From Octopus bimaculoides (taxonomy: Eukaryota): 64,000 nt of DNA. Under the pieces are notes generated by a model. It saw only the letters and a list, made by a program, of their open reading frames with translations. It had not been told where the DNA came from and ran no database searches. Within the stretch, counting starts at the first letter, position 1. Each line of letters opens with the position of its first letter. The stretch is taken from positions 41,168,814 through 41,232,813 of the forward strand of contig NC_068994.1 in the NCBI RefSeq assembly GCF_001194135.2, read 5' to 3'. The position numbers were made by a program, and so were the translations under genes. Below are positions 58,286-64,000 of the stretch, piece by piece.

Positions 58286-60784
58286 GATTCTTGACCTGCA
58301 TAACAATGTCTCACAAAGGAGACAGCAAACATCAAGGGTTCCTTATTGGGAGATGGTGGGTATTTAGAAGAGTGAGTCATCAAGTTTGCAGAGCAAGTGT
58401 TTTCTACGATAGCCTAGGACCAACCAAAGCCTTGTGAGTAGATGTGGCAGTAGATGGAAACTGGAAGAAGCCCATTGTATGTATATTGCAAGGTTGGATT
58501 TGCAACAGTGAGTAGTTGCTGTAGCAGAAGCATGTGTAGGTCATTATAATATGCTGTATATAACTATCAAACTCTTTATTATTAATACTTATATATATAT
58601 ATATATATNNNNNNNNNNNNNNNNNNNNNNNNNNNNNNNNNNNNNNNNNNNNNNNNNNNNNNNNNNNNNNNNNNNNNNNNNNNNNNNNNNNNNNNNNNNN
58701 NNNNNNNNNNNNNNNNNNNNNNNNNNNNNNNNNNNNNNNNNNNNNNNNNNNNNNNNNNNNNNNNNNNNNNNNNNNNNNNNNNNNNNNNNNNNNNNNNNNN
58801 NNNNNNNNNNNNNNNNNNNNNNNNNNNNNNNNNNNNNNNNNNNNNNNNNNNNNNNNNNNNNNNNNNNNNNNNNNNNNNNNNNNNNNNNNNNNNNNNNNNN
58901 NNNNNNNNNNNNNNNNNNNNNNNNNNNACCACAATTTGACAACCGGTATTGGTTTATTTATATCCCTGTAACTAGCAGTTCAGCAGAAGAGACTAATAAA
59001 ATGAGTAGCACGCTCACAAGAATAAGTAACTGAATCAATGTTCTCGACTAAACCCTTCAAGTCAGTGCCCCACCATGGCTATGTTCCCATGACTGAAACA
59101 AGGAAATGATAAAAGGATAACAGAAAAAAAAAAACAGGTACATGCTTCTCTTTTGAACACAATTTCAAAACATCTTTGTTCGGATTAAAATATGAATAAG
59201 TCATTATGTGATCAGTGAGCAGATGCAGAACTGATGATGTGCCAAGATCCAATAAAATTTATAATAAAAATGTTCCGCTATAGTAAATCCTATGCAAAAA
59301 GAAAAAAAAAAAACATTCTAGATGGGTTCCTCAAACACATCCAGCATCTGCCCTTTTTATGATAAAAACTTCTGATTAAAAATTATTCTATTTTTGCTTA
59401 TTCTTTTATTTGTTTTTGCAACCAAGTGGTGTGGATGTTTGTAAAATGCAATTCAAATAAAAAGACGATACTGAGCCACAAAAGAATAATATTCCTGTAA
59501 ATTGTCAACCTAATATTTTTGTTCAATACAACATGATTTGCTGTAGCAAACATGGAAATCATCGTCGTCATCATTATCATCATTATCAACATTATTGTCA
59601 TTGTTGCCGTCGTCGTCATCATCATTATCATCATCATCATCATTATTCTCCTCATCGTCATGTAATCTTTTCTATGCTTACATGGGCCAGAGAGAATTTA
59701 TTTAGGTAGATTTTTGTGCACTCAGAAGCCTTTCCTGTTACTAACCCTCACCTGTTTCCAGACATGTTTCTGCAGGACATTGGAAATGAATGACATTCAC
59801 TTAGCAAAAGGTTTGTATATAAAACTGTAATAGTATGTTATAATTCTTAAACTTTGAAACAAGATGTGTTTCATATGATATGAGATGAAGCGATCTCAAG
59901 TGGGTTAGTATTGAAAGTGTTAAATATTTATTCAACAGAGGCTGTACAATGTACAACATTCAACTTAAAATCTATAACATAACGTACAGTATAATGTAAA
60001 GTTACTATAAAAAACAAACTACAGCAGACAGTGTGCAAAAGACAATTTTGAACAAGCTATAACTCGATAGAAAATTGAGTGCTTTTCAGAGTCAAATTCT
60101 TATATAATCACTTTGAAAAAAATTGTTTAGGAAAAAATAACATTTATTTATTTATTTATTCCTCTCATATTACAGACTCCATATGTATTCTTTGATTAAA
60201 TTTTACTTCCAGAATTTTAAAAGTAATCCAAATTATGGCAAAACTAAATGTAAAAATGATGTTTGGAAGTAATCATATTGCATTGCATTTTATGATAAAA
60301 AAATAACAAGAACAATATTTATGTACATGCAAACATGCATATAAATTTTACATACACTTATCAATATACAACTTTGCAAACTCATATATACTGTATACAT
60401 ACATACATAAAAATAGATAATTTCTTTGAGATGGAAATTATAACTTCCACCATTATGGCAACAAACAACAATAATAATTTAGCTTCAATTCCTTAGCTAT
60501 AGAATCTAATTCTATAGAAGTCCTCTTCTAAAACATTATGGTCCACTTGCTATGGATGTTTTATTAAAACAATGAGTTCAATAAAAGGCCTTTTGTTTTG
60601 TTTGAAAATGTATGAGGAATGCCTTACCATATTTCACTGAATAAGTAACTCAAGGATTTTACTCCCTGTTTCCTTCCTCTGCTACTCTCTCTTTAGTCTC
60701 TTTCTCGATATATGTATGCATATTGCATGTGTGTATATGCGTGTGTGTGTGTGAATGTATGCATAAATATATATGCATGTACAC

Positions 60785-60871
<87 letters not shown>

Positions 60872-63250
60872 CATGTTTATATTTGTGTGTATATAATTAT
60901 ATATATGTTTATGCATACATATATATATATATATATATGCCTGTATACTTACATATATATATATGTAATATGCACACATGTGTGTGTGTTCATATATGTG
61001 CATATGCACATATACTAACACTCACACACATAAGCTTATAGATATGTATATCCTTTTACTAGTTTCAGTCTATAAATGTGTGTGATGATGAGGAGGTGCA
61101 ACGGAATATAACAGTATACAATTGTACATACATCCACATATGCCCAATAAACATGATTAGAAATAAACTACAATCAGATTGCATCCATATTACAATGAAA
61201 TATTTAATTCTTATTATCCACCATTTTTCTGGCAGTATTAGTAATGTAGACGTCTATAAACGTTATTTAATAATCAGACATTGAAGCCGTTTTTTTTTTT
61301 TTTTATTCATCACATATATGAATTTTGGAAATGTTGTAAAATGAGATAATTACTTACAAGGCTTGGAATGTTCTTTAGCTTAAAGACAGCTTATTTATTT
61401 GTAGCACTTCCTGGCAAACATGATGGCAGTGGTGAGGCAAAATCCTTAAAATATTAGGTAACATGTCTACAGTGTTTAGTTACAAGTCCTTTTGGTCTGA
61501 AAGCTAATCCTGCTGGTATCAATTTTGCCTTTCATTTTTCCTGGGGTTGACGAAATAATGTATTGGTCAAATGCTAAGGGTTTGTAAAATATTCCTGTAA
61601 AGTGTTTTAGACGTGATGGAATTATAATAAATGATGTTCTTTGCCCTTCATCAAGGAAGTGAAGGATCAAATATGTTCAGTGACTTTTGCCATCTGCTGA
61701 AGAAAGACTAACTTTCACTTTCAACTTTATTAAAATCAATCAATGTAATTAAAGATCAGTGATTAGTAAATTAGCACACATATGCATTCACCTAAATGCA
61801 CTTTCACCATTACTTCTTTCTATACTCACATACATCGATACACATGCAGACACATTACACATACAAATATCCATGTACACTGAAACAAACACAAAGTGGT
61901 AATATGCAGTCACAAACACATGCTAATAGCATGCACATATACATGCAGATAAAGCTAACACCAAACCACATACAGTGTATAATACCATTTACTCAATCAT
62001 ATACAAACACATGCACAAATGCATTTGCTATGTTTCGTCCATGTTTCACAAAGAGGATAATAATAAAAAAAATCTTGAAATGGGGTTATCAATTCCTCCA
62101 TTACAACAGCAGATGTTCAATTTCAAATGGTTTTTCAGTCAAAATTAGATTTTCAAAATTAGATTTCAATGTATTGAAACAGTTTGTACATATTGATAAA
62201 AACTAAAAATTTGTATCCAACTGACTGTGTTGATTTGATATTTTCTTGGATGTAAACATCATTGTCAAAATACCTTTCATTCTATATCAGAAAAAAATTT
62301 AAAATGGGTTAATTATTGTCCCATGAACAGTAAATTTTAATGGTCGGCTTATCATGTTTTAGAAATCTCAGTATTTTATTTTTTATAAATGAACTATCAG
62401 CATCCTGCAAAGAAATCTATTGAATTTTTTTTTTTATTTTTGCTTTTATTTTTATACATTTGCCAAGTATTCATTTATCTGTAAGTGTTACTTTTTTTTT
62501 CATTCTATTCATTAGGTAATTATCAAAGAATTTTTATTTAAAAATCTGATCAAGGAAAAAGCTTTTGTATCATGAAATCTTCAAAAATCTGATCATTATA
62601 GTTAACTTTGAATTATTATCTGAAATTTGCTTTCAGTAACAATATCAATTTTATCTTTATTTTGTGAAGTACAATTTTTGTTAATTCAACATCCAAGTGA
62701 CATGAGAAAATTCAGAGGAAATCAAAGACATATTTGATTTATTCATTTTTTTTTTTTTTTTTAAATATGAAAGTAACATTTAATACCTCGATAAACTGCA
62801 TCCAAGATACTTTGTAAAGTTTGCAATAAGACAGGCATCCTACCATAGAATCCATGCAAACAGTGAAACTTATGAGTGGAATATGGCTGCCACCCAATCT
62901 GTCTTGGAGAGCAGTAACTCCAAATAAGAAATTACTCAGACTGTGATGACTCACCTAACCCATTCCGATAAGTAAAAGCAGGCGCAAAGTGATGACAATG
63001 ATGACAATGACAAATACTACAACAACAGCAATGATAGTGATGATAGTTGTAATGATGATGCTGGTTGTTGTTGTTGGTTTTGGTAGTGATCACCAATCTT
63101 TCTCCTCTTATCTCAGTGTTTCAGAGTTGGCCTTCAGTTCTTGTTAATACTTTCCTAAATCTCTACTATTCTCACCATTGTCCTGTTTTCCTACAAACAC
63201 ACACACACACATATGCACGCACACACGCACACACACACACACACACGTAT

Positions 63251-63770
63251 GCAAAGTGTCGATAAAGTCATGGGGCAATGCTACAAAATTACTTCATTCC
63301 TAAGCTTGAACAATTAGACCTAATAAAGAATGCAGTTTTTCAACAAGGTGGTGCACTTTGTCACTTTGCTCTGCAAATTAAGCAGTTTCGAAATGAGAAA
63401 TTCCCTAACAAATGGATTGGAAGAGGTCGACCGTTATTTTGGCCTCCATTAGATTTCTTTTTATGGGTACATGTGAAAAGTATTGTTCATTCCACTAAGC
63501 CTCGACCTTTAGAAGATTTGAAAACCAGGATAACTGATGCGATTGAAAATATCACTGAAAATCAGCAGGAAAATGTTTTTCTGAGAACTACAGAATCGTA
63601 ATTCTCTTTGTATTAGTAATGATGGTGGGCATGTTTTACAAAATTAAGAAGACCAATAAAAAAGTTTGATCATTTTTCTTTCTTATTCTTTTTACAGATT
63701 AATTCTATCATGTGTAGTTATGAAGATACAGTTATTTTAAATTGCACCATGACTTTATGGACACCCCATA
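63251..63770 (+). mobile_element. Internally deleted Tc1/mariner-superfamily element with both TIRs
   Basis: TIRs GTGTCGATAAAGTCATGGGGCAA / TTGCACCATGACTTTATGGACAC. ORF 63278-63601 reads FQQGGALCH..FPNKWIGRG..WPP-LDFFLW..VKSIV, matching the QQDGAPxH / WPPRSPDLxPxDFFLWG region with catalytic residues lost. Confidence 0.85.
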
Positions 63771-63939
63771 CACAGCCTTGGTTTTTATCTCATTATGAAA
63801 AGTAAATCCGTATNNNNNNNNNNNNNNNNNNNNNNNNNNNNNNNNNNNNNNNNNNNNNNNNNNNNNNNNNNNNNNNNNNNNNNNNNNNNNNNNNNNNNNN
63901 NNNNNNNNNNNNNNNNNNNNNNNNATATATATATATATA

Positions 63940-64000
63940 CAGTGGCAGGCTGGGTCTAAAGATATTGGTTGCCAGGAGACTAAGGGGGCCTACCCTCAAC
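63940..64000. mobile_element. Start of a second copy of the 36475-36771 hAT MITE (cut by window end)
   Basis: CAGTGGCAGGCTGGGTCTAAA...TGGTTGCCAGGAGACTAAGGGGGC aligns with 36475-36525. Confidence 0.8.

Noticed and set aside
1-64000. CRISPR-like or prokaryotic systems
   Set aside because: No regularly spaced direct repeats with unique spacers and no operon-like ORFs; the sequence is plainly eukaryotic.

Overview
AT-rich, microsatellite- and SINE-dense animal DNA from a gapped assembly: nine N-gaps, mostly next to (TA)n tracts. The repeat content and the type of protocadherin point to an octopus genome; this is inference, not a database match. The only well-supported host gene is a minus-strand protocadherin. 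The 796-aa ORF at 33780-36170 appears to be only exon 1: it ends at a perfect CAA|GTAAGT donor at 33801/33800. By eye I found two further phase-compatible exons that the ORF track misses, at 26497-26662 and 23089-23315. Together they give a 920-aa protein: signal peptide, 6 EC repeats, TM and a cytoplasmic tail. The tail carries YEEL, IYAFP and KPLPEIP, which match Src-SH2, Abl/Crk and class I SH3 consensus motifs. The rest of the window is repeats: several tRNA-derived SINE families, hAT and piggyBac-like MITEs, Tc1/mariner, RTE and Penelope remnants, and many long inverted repeats. The most unusual repeats are two. One is a ~490-bp palindrome in intron 1, made of head-to-head tRNA-Ile-like heads, (AAT)n spacers and tails with Penelope-type minimal hammerhead cores. 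The other is a MITE with ~88-bp TIRs enclosing a tRNA-like Pol III cassette. No rRNA, intact tRNA or CRISPR array was found. Repeat boundaries are approximate unless a TSD or TIR fixes them.
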